Assembly (NCBI GenBank): GCA_029548865.1
Contig: JAKPMO010000024.1
Coordinates: 99,256-163,255 of the forward strand
Direction: 5' to 3'
DNA from: Caldisericota bacterium
GTDB taxonomy: Bacteria > Caldisericota > Caldisericia > JAAYUI01
DNA: 64,000 bases
Below, one piece after another: positions 46,734 through 56,100 of this stretch (position 1 is its first letter; every line of letters begins with the position of its first letter). The position numbers were made by a program, and so were the translations under genes. The notes under the pieces were generated by a model. That model was not told the DNA's origin, made no database searches, and saw nothing but the letters and a program-made list of their open reading frames with translations.

Positions 46734-48217
46734 TGAAGAATACAACAAAAATTCTCCTTTCCATACTTGTGCTCGTGATTGCCATTGTGAATACAAACGC
46801 GATGTTTCAACCAGGAATACCTGACAATGGTCTGGTAGCAAACGATGATTGGGCCTCATCTCCACAGTCGCAAGTCTGGGAAAAACAGTTGCAAACAGAT
46901 ATCGTCTCCGGACCCGTTTTTATCGGCTCAAGAGTAGCTGTGGCGCTTGGAAACTCGCAAGTAAATGCTTTCAGCATCTATTCAGGAAAGCTGGCCTGGT
47001 CATACAAGCTTGACCAGAAACCAAACCAGATAGCCTCAGGTAGTGATTCGGTTTTTGTCAAAACAGCCAGGCAGGTCACTTCCATTGGAGATGGCGGGCA
47101 AAAAAACTGGATATTCCAGACAGAGGCGAACATAACTACGGATTTGGCAATCCTTGGCAATATGCTATTTTTTGGGTGTGCTGACGGGAATTTCTACTGT
47201 GTTAACACCAAAAATGGCAAAAAAATCTGGCTATCTGCTTTCAAGTCAATACCAAATATAGGCCCGAAAATGCTTGGTGAAGATTACCTGTTTTTTGCAT
47301 CCACAGACAAAAAGCTCTATTGCCTCAACACATCGTCAGGAAAACAGAAGTGGGAACTTGCCCTGGATGACTCGCCAGAATGGATTTTTGCCGACCAGAA
47401 CAGGGTACTTGCGCAAGAAGGCAAATATCTTTTTGCAATCGAGGCCCAAAGCGGAAACCCAAGATGGAAATATGAAACAGGCACTGGCTCTTTACAGGCG
47501 GTTTCGTCAAAAGGCAAGTTTTTTGTCACGACTCCGGCTTTGGCGATAGATTGCTTTGATGCCAACTTCTTTGGCAAGGCATGCTGTATATCGACAGGCA
47601 AAAGATTGTGGCTGTCACAACTGGATTCTTTCCCGACAACAAGATTGTTCTGTTCCGAAGAAACAATTTTTGTCCCAAAAGGCAACTTGATTGAAAAAAT
47701 ATCTGTGGCTGATGGCTCAAAACAGGGCAATATCACGCTTGACAAGAAGATTGAATCGATTGACCTGCAAGGAGACAACATTGCAATAATCTCTGGGAAC
47801 ACGATTTCCCTCTTCAATAAAGTGCCGGAAAAAATCACATTCGTGGTTGGACAAAAAGAACTGGGCAGAGATTCTTTTGCTGTTGAGATGGACGTTGCAC
47901 CAGTCATAATTGATGGTAAATCATTCCTGCCAGCAAGGTATGTTTGCGAACCTTTTGGCGGCTCGGTCTCATGGGACCAGGGATCAAAAAAGACAACTTG
48001 CCAGCTGAATGGCAAAACATTGAGTCTATGGGTCGGGAAAAATACCGCCAGAACAAGCGGCGGTGACAAGCAGATCGACAGCAACCCCAAAATAATCCCA
48101 TTCATACAAAATGGAAGAGTAATGCTACCAATGAGATTTTTAGCAGAATCACTTGGATTAAAAGTAGGCTATGAAAACAAAAAGATAAGTATTGAAAATG
48201 AAAGAGGCCAAAAATGA
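46733..48217 (+). CDS. Secreted PQQ-like beta-propeller protein with C-terminal CuAO-N-like domain (shorter paralogue of 43382..46045)
   Basis: TAATG coupling to the upstream gene. Signal peptide MKNTTKILLSILVLVIAIVNTNA. Blade motifs (NGKKIWL; SGKQKWEL; GNPRWKY; GKRLWLS). C-terminus IIDGKSFLPARYVCEPFGGSVSWD...GRVMLPMRFLAESLGLKV. Confidence 0.7.
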   Translation: MKNTTKILLSILVLVIAIVNTNAMFQPGIPDNGLVANDDWASSPQSQVWEKQLQTDIVSGPVFIGSRVAVALGNSQVNAFSIYSGKLAWSYKLDQKPNQIASGSDSVFVKTARQVTSIGDGGQKNWIFQTEANITTDLAILGNMLFFGCADGNFYCVNTKNGKKIWLSAFKSIPNIGPKMLGEDYLFFASTDKKLYCLNTSSGKQKWELALDDSPEWIFADQNRVLAQEGKYLFAIEAQSGNPRWKYETGTGSLQAVSSKGKFFVTTPALAIDCFDANFFGKACCISTGKRLWLSQLDSFPTTRLFCSEETIFVPKGNLIEKISVADGSKQGNITLDKKIESIDLQGDNIAIISGNTISLFNKVPEKITFVVGQKELGRDSFAVEMDVAPVIIDGKSFLPARYVCEPFGGSVSWDQGSKKTTCQLNGKTLSLWVGKNTARTSGGDKQIDSNPKIIPFIQNGRVMLPMRFLAESLGLKVGYENKKISIENERGQK

Positions 48218-48636
48218 GAAGAAACATTTTATCAAGCTTTGTTTTATTGGCGGTTTTTGCAGGCTCCATTTTTCTAGCATCATGTGGAAGCAATGGGAAT
48301 CTTCCTTGTGTTAGTGAGGGGGAAACTGGTAATGGCACCATTTCGATCAAAAATGATTCTGGAATGCCAATGGTGGTCAAGGTTGGAAGGGCAACCTGCA
48401 AACCCTGCATAGTAATGACAGACACAGTCAATGAGATCGGCAAGGAGCTTGAAGGAAAAATCCAGATCGCAATTGTCGACATTGACGAAGACCCTGAAGC
48501 AGTGGAGAAGTTTCAGATACAGGGTATTCCAACAACATTCGTATTTGATGCGTCAGGCAACCAGACTTTCAGGAAAACCGGCATCGCAACAAAGGATGAG
48601 CTTGTAAGTGAGCTCAAGAAAGCAGGAATGCAGTGA
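48214..48636 (+). CDS. Thioredoxin-fold lipoprotein (TlpA/ResA-like)
   Basis: Lipobox LASCGS. CxxC as ATCKPC. Thioredoxin-fold spacing of the downstream Pro (GIPTTFVF). Confidence 0.7.
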   Translation: MRRNILSSFVLLAVFAGSIFLASCGSNGNLPCVSEGETGNGTISIKNDSGMPMVVKVGRATCKPCIVMTDTVNEIGKELEGKIQIAIVDIDEDPEAVEKFQIQGIPTTFVFDASGNQTFRKTGIATKDELVSELKKAGMQ

Positions 48637-49037
48637 AAAACAATATCACAAACACAATCATTCTTGTCATAGTGGCCCTTGCCGCACTGGGTCTTCTATC
48701 GTACAAACTCTTTTTCGAGAAGGGATCCGATTTTCCAAAACCTCAAAAAGGTGAGGTCACAATCGTCGAGCTTGGGGCAGACCTTTGTGAACCATGCACA
48801 AAACTCCGCCCCATAATGGAAGACCTGAAAAAAGAACTTGAGGGAAAAGCTGTTCTAAACAGCCTTCTTATAGATAATTCAATGAAATCTTTCTACAACG
48901 TGAAAGTAATCCCGGTCATCATCATCTTCGACAAAGAAGCAAATGAGGTAGCTAGAAGAATATTTTCACTTGAAGAAGTAGATGATGCCAGAAACTGGAT
49001 AAAAGAGAAAACTGAACCCCTGGGGGTGCAGTGGTGA
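48633..49037 (+). CDS. Membrane-anchored thioredoxin-fold protein
   Basis: N-terminal TM helix then GADLCEPCTKLRP (CxxC) and the VIPVIIIF cis-Pro region. 4-nt overlap on each side. Confidence 0.7.
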   Translation: MKNNITNTIILVIVALAALGLLSYKLFFEKGSDFPKPQKGEVTIVELGADLCEPCTKLRPIMEDLKKELEGKAVLNSLLIDNSMKSFYNVKVIPVIIIFDKEANEVARRIFSLEEVDDARNWIKEKTEPLGVQW

Positions 49038-49717
49038 TCGAGTCCCTCCTCCAGTCAATACAAAGCAACCCCTGGATTGCACCATTTACGGTGTTTTTCA
49101 CCGGGTTTCTCACGGCTTCCAATCCTTGCGTTCTTGGCATGATACCCCTCATGATCGGGGCATCAGGGGCATACCAGGGCGAAGACAAGTCCTACTGGAA
49201 AGCTGCAAAGTTCTCTCTGCTATTTGTCCTCGGCCAGTCAATCTCTTTCATGGTGCTGGGGATAATCGCAGCACTCATTGGTCAGCAGGCAACGCTGACC
49301 GGCCCCTGGTGGACATACTTCATGGCTTTCCTCTGCATTCTGATGGGACTAATGTTCGCTGATATAGTCAAATTCAACATCCCAGTGCCAAAGATACTGA
49401 CAAAACCAAGAACAGGGCTCTTCGGGGCTTTTATCCTGGGCGTTCTTTTTGGCTTTGTCTCAACACCCTGTGCTGTACCGATTCTTTCAGTATTGCTCGC
49501 TTTGATAGCAACAGGCGGAAACACATATTTTGGCGGCCTTCTCCTGCTCTGCTATGCCCTCGGGCATTCAGCTCTTCTTCTTGTGGCAGGCATCTCGATA
49601 GGTGCCGCGCAGGCCTTCATAAACAATCGGAACTTGAGAACAACTTCTCTTGTTCTCAGAAAAGTATTTGGACTTCTAATCATCGGCTTTGGGTTCTACC
49701 TGCTCTATATAGCCTAA
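49031..49717 (+). CDS. ccdA: Cytochrome c biogenesis/thiol-disulfide transporter CcdA (DsbD TM-domain family)
   Basis: Six TM helices. First Cys in NPCVLGMIPLMIG, second in STPCAVPIL. This is a DsbD_2 signature. Confidence 0.8.
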   Translation: MVIESLLQSIQSNPWIAPFTVFFTGFLTASNPCVLGMIPLMIGASGAYQGEDKSYWKAAKFSLLFVLGQSISFMVLGIIAALIGQQATLTGPWWTYFMAFLCILMGLMFADIVKFNIPVPKILTKPRTGLFGAFILGVLFGFVSTPCAVPILSVLLALIATGGNTYFGGLLLLCYALGHSALLLVAGISIGAAQAFINNRNLRTTSLVLRKVFGLLIIGFGFYLLYIA

Positions 49718-49732
49718 ATTTCTGGAGGAAAA

Positions 49733-50701
49733 ATGGACATCTTCGCACCAGTAAACTGGTTTGCAAAATGGCTCACATACGACATTTTCAGAATACAGCA
49801 CGAATCACTGCTTGGAGAAGCTGTCAGTTTCTTTGTTTTTGACACCATAAAAGTCTTCATGCTTCTCATCGCAATCATATTTGTGGTTTCCTACCTGAGA
49901 ACATACCTGCCACCAGAGAAAGTCCGGTTCTTTATCTCAAAGAGAAACAAAATAACTGGACACATTATGGCTGCAGCCTTCGGTATCATAACGCCATTTT
50001 GCACCTGCAGTGCGATCCCGCTCTTTCTGGGCTTCCTGGAAGCCGGTGTCCCGCTTGGCGTGACATTCTCATTCCTCATAGCCTCGCCAATGATAAACGA
50101 GGTGGCACTGGTAATGCTCCTTGGCATGTTTGGGTGGAAGGTGGCTCTGATTTACATTGCATCAGGAATGATAATTGCCATTGTGTCAGGACTCGTCATC
50201 GGCCAGCTCAAGGTGGAAAACCTGGTCCAGCAATTTGGGACCGGGAAAAAAGCCTGTGCCTGCGCAGAAGATGGGATGCCTCTAAAAGCAAAGGACAGGG
50301 CATCATACGCCTGGAGCTATGTTGTGGATGTCCTAAAAAAGGTTTGGCCATTCATCGTTGGCGGAATAGCTGTCGGGGCCTGGATACATGGTTATGTTCC
50401 TGTTGACTTCATGGCAAAAATTGCCGGTGGAAACAACTGGTGGGCAGTTCCAGTAGCCACGCTGATCGGGATTCCCCTTTACAGCAATGCCGCAGGCATC
50501 ATCCCGCTTGTTTCTGTTCTTACAGAAAAGGGCGTCAGCCTCGGGACAACCCTTGCCTTCATGATGGCTGTTACCGGCCTTTCGCTCCCCGAGTTCCTGA
50601 TCCTGAGGACCGTCATGAAAACCAAACTAATCCTTATTTTCGCTGGCATTGTTGGTATCGGGATAATCCTCACAGGCTATCTGTTCAACGCAATATTGTA
50701 G
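49733..50701 (+). CDS. arsP: ArsP-like permease (DUF318/COG0701), putative trivalent organoarsenical efflux
   Basis: Polytopic membrane protein with the family-specific TPFCTCSAIP motif (the TPFcSCS motif of ArsP) in the first half. Confidence 0.75.
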   Translation: MDIFAPVNWFAKWLTYDIFRIQHESLLGEAVSFFVFDTIKVFMLLIAIIFVVSYLRTYLPPEKVRFFISKRNKITGHIMAAAFGIITPFCTCSAIPLFLGFLEAGVPLGVTFSFLIASPMINEVALVMLLGMFGWKVALIYIASGMIIAIVSGLVIGQLKVENLVQQFGTGKKACACAEDGMPLKAKDRASYAWSYVVDVLKKVWPFIVGGIAVGAWIHGYVPVDFMAKIAGGNNWWAVPVATLIGIPLYSNAAGIIPLVSVLTEKGVSLGTTLAFMMAVTGLSLPEFLILRTVMKTKLILIFAGIVGIGIILTGYLFNAIL

Positions 50702-50717
50702 AAAAAGGGACTCAAAC

Positions 50718-51785
50718 ATGAGTGATACAACTGAACCAAAATTGTCTCTTCTGGACAAGCTTTTACCCCTCTGGATAGTGGCCGCAATGCTTCTGGGGGT
50801 GGCCATCGGTAAACTGTTTCCATCCCTTGGACCGGTGTTGAACTCGATAAAAATCGCCGATGTTTCACTGCCAATAGCCATTGGCCTCCTCTGGATGATG
50901 TATCCAGTATTGACAAAAGTAAAATACGAAAAGATCTCCAGTTTGGTATCCAACAAAAAAATATTCTCATACTCGATTGTATTAACCTGGGTCATAGGCC
51001 CCGCCCTAATGTTTGGGCTAGCATGGCTAATGCTTCCAGATATGCCAGAGTACAGAACAGGGATAATCCTCGTAGGATTGGCACCTTGCATTGCAATGGT
51101 GCTCGTCTGGAACATGCTGGCCAAAGGAAGCGGTGAAATAGCAGCAATTCTTGTGGCCATAAATTCAGTTATCCAGATATTCATGTATTCAGTTCTCGGA
51201 TTCTTCTATCTCGAAGTTTTGCCTGGATGGCTTGGCCTCAACCAGACGCAAATACAGATTTCAATGTGGCAAATAGCAAAAAGCGTTCTCATTTATCTTG
51301 GCATACCGCTTCTTGCAGGCTACCTTACCAGAAAAATCCTGATCCAGAAAAAAGGTGAGGCATGGTTTGAAAAACACTTTTTGCCAAAGTTGTCACCAAC
51401 AGCACTTGTGGCATTGCTTTACACAATCGTTCTCATGTTCTCAATGCAGGGTGAAAAAATCATTTCTTTGCCATTTGACGTATTGAGGATTGCACTACCT
51501 CTTCTGTGCTACTTCCTTATTATGTGGTTCGGCACATTCTTTGGAGCAAAAACACTAAAATTCAATTACAGTGAATCGGCATCGGTGGCATTCACTGCCG
51601 CTGGGAACAATTTTGAACTGGCAATCGCGGTTTCGGCAGGAATTTTTGGCATTGCCTCCGGGCAGGCGCTGGCAGCTGTTGTTGGGCCACTCATTGAAGT
51701 TCCGATCCTTGTTTCGCTTGTGTATGTCTCGCTTTGGGCGCAAAGATTTTTCAAGGAAAGATCTGCTAACTCGGCATTGGGTTAA
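50718..51785 (+). CDS. acr3: Arsenite efflux transporter ACR3
   Basis: LSLLDKLLPLWIVAAMLLGVAIG N-terminus and 10-TM BART-superfamily profile. 355 aa. Confidence 0.9.
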   Translation: MSDTTEPKLSLLDKLLPLWIVAAMLLGVAIGKLFPSLGPVLNSIKIADVSLPIAIGLLWMMYPVLTKVKYEKISSLVSNKKIFSYSIVLTWVIGPALMFGLAWLMLPDMPEYRTGIILVGLAPCIAMVLVWNMLAKGSGEIAAILVAINSVIQIFMYSVLGFFYLEVLPGWLGLNQTQIQISMWQIAKSVLIYLGIPLLAGYLTRKILIQKKGEAWFEKHFLPKLSPTALVALLYTIVLMFSMQGEKIISLPFDVLRIALPLLCYFLIMWFGTFFGAKTLKFNYSESASVAFTAAGNNFELAIAVSAGIFGIASGQALAAVVGPLIEVPILVSLVYVSLWAQRFFKERSANSALG

Positions 51786-51792
51786 ATTTCGC

Positions 51793-51832
51793 AAAAAAGC
51801 ACGAGAGAAGCATTATAAAATCCTCTCGTGCT
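51793..51832 (-). terminator. Intrinsic terminator between convergent acr3 and M23-peptidase genes
   Basis: AGCACGAGAG-15 nt loop-CTCTCGTGCT. On the minus strand it is followed by TTTTTT, so it is strongest for the M23 gene. Possibly bidirectional. Confidence 0.65.
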
Positions 51833-51845
51833 TCAAGCACATAAT

Positions 51846-53024
51846 TTACTCAGCAAGCATAACCAGATTCGGGTCTGTTATTTGTTCAATCTTGCCGCCT
51901 ACAAAATCCTTGAGGTTTGTGAATTTCATGGGCAATCCCCTTGAATCAAGTACCGACGGGCCATTCATGATGTGAAAATGCAGGTGTGGAGCATCCGAGT
52001 TGCCAGAATTGCCGCAAAGTCCCAATACCTGTCCCTGTTTCACAATGTCGCCCTTTTTGACCTTCACCGAGCCATTTATCAAGTGGGCGTAGAACGTGAA
52101 CTCGCTTCCGGAGTGTTCCAGAATGACATAGTTCCCACCAGCCATTGCCACTGCGCCAAATTTCTCCATGACTTTCTCCAGCTCCTCCTTGGACAGTCTT
52201 GAGCCGAGATACGGCGGGTTGTTTGGCACACCGTCAACACAATCAACAACCACACCATCTGCGGAAGCAATAACCGCCTTGCCCCAGCAACCATAGTCTT
52301 CGTTCTTGCCAGATGGAGGGTACATCATCAGGTTAGGTTTCTGGATCATCAAATCAAAAGCAAATTCCTGGCTGCTGTTGACCCTGTGGCCATAGTTGGC
52401 ATTGTATGTATTGATGGCCATCCATATACCTTTGGCAGGGAAAATATACTTGTTTTTCAAAACATATTCTGCAACTTGCAAGCCCAGGTCTCTGGAGAAG
52501 GTCTTGTTACCCTTCTGGAATTCAATATGGATGTTGCATTTTGTTGCCGGATTGTCCGAGTAAAACCTGAAGGGAATGTTTATAATTGCGGCCTCCTGGC
52601 CGGGCTCTATTACAACAGATTTGGACGTCTTTTTCAGATCAACAAAGCCCGATGTTCCAAGAAAAATGCCCTCCTGGAAATCATATGTCATCTTCTCAAA
52701 TTTCTCTACATATTTCCCAAAAAGTGAGTTCAGTTCTTCACCTTTATAAATCAAACTGAAGATTTCTCGCTCATTTGCAAAAATCGTAAAAGTCATTGAT
52801 TTTACTTCAATGACTTCTTTGCCATCGTTTGCAATTTTCACTGCTTTCAAAAGGAAATCAGATTCAATACCAAGCTTTACGTCTCTTGTTGCATTGTAAA
52901 TAACATCTGCAGGAAGTGTTGTAATAAAAAGATTTTCACCAGAACCAGCATTTTCGTTTGTCATGCCACACCCCAATGAACAAATGGCCAGCAAAATAGT
53001 CAACGCAAAAGGCATCAGTTTCAT
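51846..53024 (-). CDS. M23-family metallopeptidase lipoprotein (LytM-like)
   Basis: Start at MKLMPFALTILLAICSLGCG (lipobox). C-terminal HSGSEFTFYAHL...GNSGNSDAPHLHFH M23 motifs. The ORF-track start at 53120 is rejected. Confidence 0.85.
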   Translation of the reverse strand: MKLMPFALTILLAICSLGCGMTNENAGSGENLFITTLPADVIYNATRDVKLGIESDFLLKAVKIANDGKEVIEVKSMTFTIFANEREIFSLIYKGEELNSLFGKYVEKFEKMTYDFQEGIFLGTSGFVDLKKTSKSVVIEPGQEAAIINIPFRFYSDNPATKCNIHIEFQKGNKTFSRDLGLQVAEYVLKNKYIFPAKGIWMAINTYNANYGHRVNSSQEFAFDLMIQKPNLMMYPPSGKNEDYGCWGKAVIASADGVVVDCVDGVPNNPPYLGSRLSKEELEKVMEKFGAVAMAGGNYVILEHSGSEFTFYAHLINGSVKVKKGDIVKQGQVLGLCGNSGNSDAPHLHFHIMNGPSVLDSRGLPMKFTNLKDFVGGKIEQITDPNLVMLAE

Positions 53025-53082
53025 TTCGACCTCCTGTCTACAAATTATAGCGACAGGGTGGGCCCACGTCAAAATTGGCACA

Positions 53083-53119
53083 TGCCTGACGAAACCGAGA
53101 GACGGGGTTTCGTCAGGCA
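53083..53119 (-). terminator. Stem-loop downstream of the giant repeat-protein gene
   Basis: TGCCTGACGAAACC-9 nt-GGTTTCGTCAGGCA (14-bp stem), 12 nt after the stop of 53132..56968. The T-tract is weak. Confidence 0.5.
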
Positions 53120-53131
53120 CTGGTATGGAAA

Positions 53132-56100
53132 CTATTTGATATGGATAACTCTGGACTGTCTTGCTGATCTACCAAAGGAATCAACGCAGGTTATCAGGAC
53201 CTCAAAATCACCCTGACTTGAATAGGAATTCTCAAAACTGACCAGATTGTCTTTGCTCTGTATCGTTTTGGTGGATTTGGTTCCATTGCCCCAATTCACT
53301 GTGATTTCATATGGTGGGGCCCCACCCTCGACGGAGAGGTCAAGTTTTATTTCTTCATTTACTCTTGCTTCGTTTGTCTTTGTATTAATACCCTTCCAAG
53401 TTGCGTCAAGAACAATCTCTTTCGTCGGTGGCTGTTTGCAAACACTTATCGTGGCATAATCTGTGACTGCTTCTGCGGAATCGGACACAGCGCTGGCCTT
53501 GTTGGTTATCGTCAGACAATTTCCGGCGAAAGACAAGGATTTTGCAAGACTGAATTTCAGCAAATAGGTCTTTGACTGACCCGGTGACAAACTCCCAACC
53601 TGGTACCTGATTTTGGAAGGGCCAGCAGCGCCGGACGGGAGTGAAGAAACATATTTGAGCTCCCTTGGGAAAACATCATCGAGAACAACGTTTGTGGCAT
53701 CAAGATTGCCGATATTTCTGATGGTTATCTGGAACGCAAATATGTCATCAATGTTGTACTGGAAAGCTTTTGCTTTCTTTGTGACTTCCAGAATAGCTTT
53801 TTTTACAGGTTTTTTTGTGTTGACTGCAACATTGTTTGACAACGCCGGCACTCCCTGGTCCAGTGCGTGCCTTGAAAAAGCCTGGTTGTTTATCTGTGAA
53901 TCTACCGGTGTTTCTTCAACTATTGCAGAAAAACCGAACGAACGCGGTGCCGTGGGTGGGAGATATTTTATAAGCGAGGCCGTGTAAAGATCAGGTGTTT
54001 GATTGTACCACCCAATGAACGGCTCATCGAAATTGTCCTCCATTGCCATTGATACGGCATTGGCAAAATTTGTATACTGTGCGTCAAACCCTCCACCGGT
54101 ATAGGCATTTGCACCGGTGATCGGGTCGAATGGCTGCTTGTTTCCCCCAATCCACCTTGTTCCGTCCCATCTGGCAAAATATATACCCCTGTTTCCGGCA
54201 ATGTTGCCCCACCAGGAAACACACTGGTTGCCAGTTTTATCAACATCTATGCACGTTATTTTAGCCGCAAGGCGCGTTGGGCTGGATGGCCCTCCACCAA
54301 TAACAGCATTCATAGCAACGATGCCATTGGCACCAGTCGCCGGATTATAAGGCATTCCATTGGCCCCAACCCATTGGGTGCCATCCCATTTTACAGAAAC
54401 TATTGCAGTCCCGCCATAAGAGTAGTCGTGCCAGACAATGTTCGGGTTGTCGAATCCATCCAGGCAAAGTGAAGGATAGCTCGAATAGCCACCGTTTCTG
54501 CTAACATTTGCATTTGCGCCGGTGACCGGATCATAGGGGAGACCATTTGCTCCAACCCAGGTGGCGCCATTCCATTTGATGTACACAACATCATAGCCAC
54601 CATAGGAACCTTCTGACCATGAAACACACGGATTTCCAGAACTGTCAAGCCTCAAGACTGGAAATTCCGAGCTGCTGCTTGTTTTGCTTATATCAGCATT
54701 TGCGCCATTATATGGAACACCCTGCACGTTTACCCAGGCAGTTCCATCCCATTTCAGGAAATTGACATCAAAGCTGTATGGAGGCCCGTAATAGTCATAC
54801 CAAACGAGGTTTGGGTTGTTCTGGCCATCTATTGCAAGGGAAACACCGTAAGAAGTGCTTGGCGTATTGCTCACATTGGCATTGGAGCCATCATACTGCT
54901 CGCCCTGAGCATTGACCCACATGTAACCATTCCATCTTACAAAGAATATGTCCCAGCTTGAAACAACGTCCGGGTGGATTTTCTCGCCCCAGGCAATGCA
55001 CGGATACCCATATTTATCAATTGCCAGCGAGGCACCATCTGAATCAGTAATGCTCTTGCTCACATTGGCATTTGCACCGGTCAGCGGATCGTAGGGCTGG
55101 CCATTCACACCAACCCACCTGGCGCCGTCCCATTTAACAAAAAATATGTCATACCTGAAATCATCATGGCCAACATAATCTGAAAATGCCAGGCAAGGAC
55201 GCCCATTAGGACCAAGCGCAAGCGAAACCTGGGCAGCAGTGCCGCTCACAAGCGCATTGTCTGCTACAGGGTCAAAAGGGATGTTGTCGGCTGTGGTCCA
55301 CCCTTGCGGTATTGGCCCCCAGCGAAGCATTGTTCCTGCCTGCGAACCATCCGGTGGCTCTCCAGGGGTCCAGCTCGAACCATTGTCCGTGGAGTATGAA
55401 AGGTCATTGAGCGGGGTTGCGCTCCCCGCAAGATAGTGCGTTCCAGCAGGGACTGTATCATAAACATAAGGGTCAATTAGAGGATCGTTGTTTGGATTGT
55501 TAAAGCTCCAGTCAATCTTGTAATGGAGTGTATCCCCTACCTTCACCTGCTTGCCTGAGTCGTCATATGCACCATCTCCATTTGTGTCCACTGATTTCGT
55601 GATGGTGAAACTGCCGTCGAAACTTGATGTCCACCTGGTAAATAAGATCTCAGGATCACCAGAAGTGTAGTCCATCCATGCAATGCAGGGGTTGCCTGAC
55701 GGGTCAATGGCAAGAGAAGACGAATATGAATCTCCTGAATTGTTGCTCACATTTCCGTTTGTGGCAGTTAGTGCTGCACCTGAAACATTCACCCATGAGG
55801 AGCCGTTCCACCTGGCAAATAAGATCTCATAATTGCCAAGTGTATTATCGTACCATGTAATGCAGGGATTGCCAGAAGGATCGAGAGTAAGACTAGGATA
55901 CCATGAATATCCCGAATTATTGCTTACGTTCCCGTTGGTGGCTGTAAGTGTTGTACCTGAAACATTCACCCATGAGGATCCATTCCATCTGGAAAAAAAG
56001 ATCTCATAATTGCCAGGGGTGTTGTCACACCATGCGATACAGGGGTCGCCAGATGGATCGAGAGTAAGAATAAGATACCATGAACATCCCGAATTACTGC

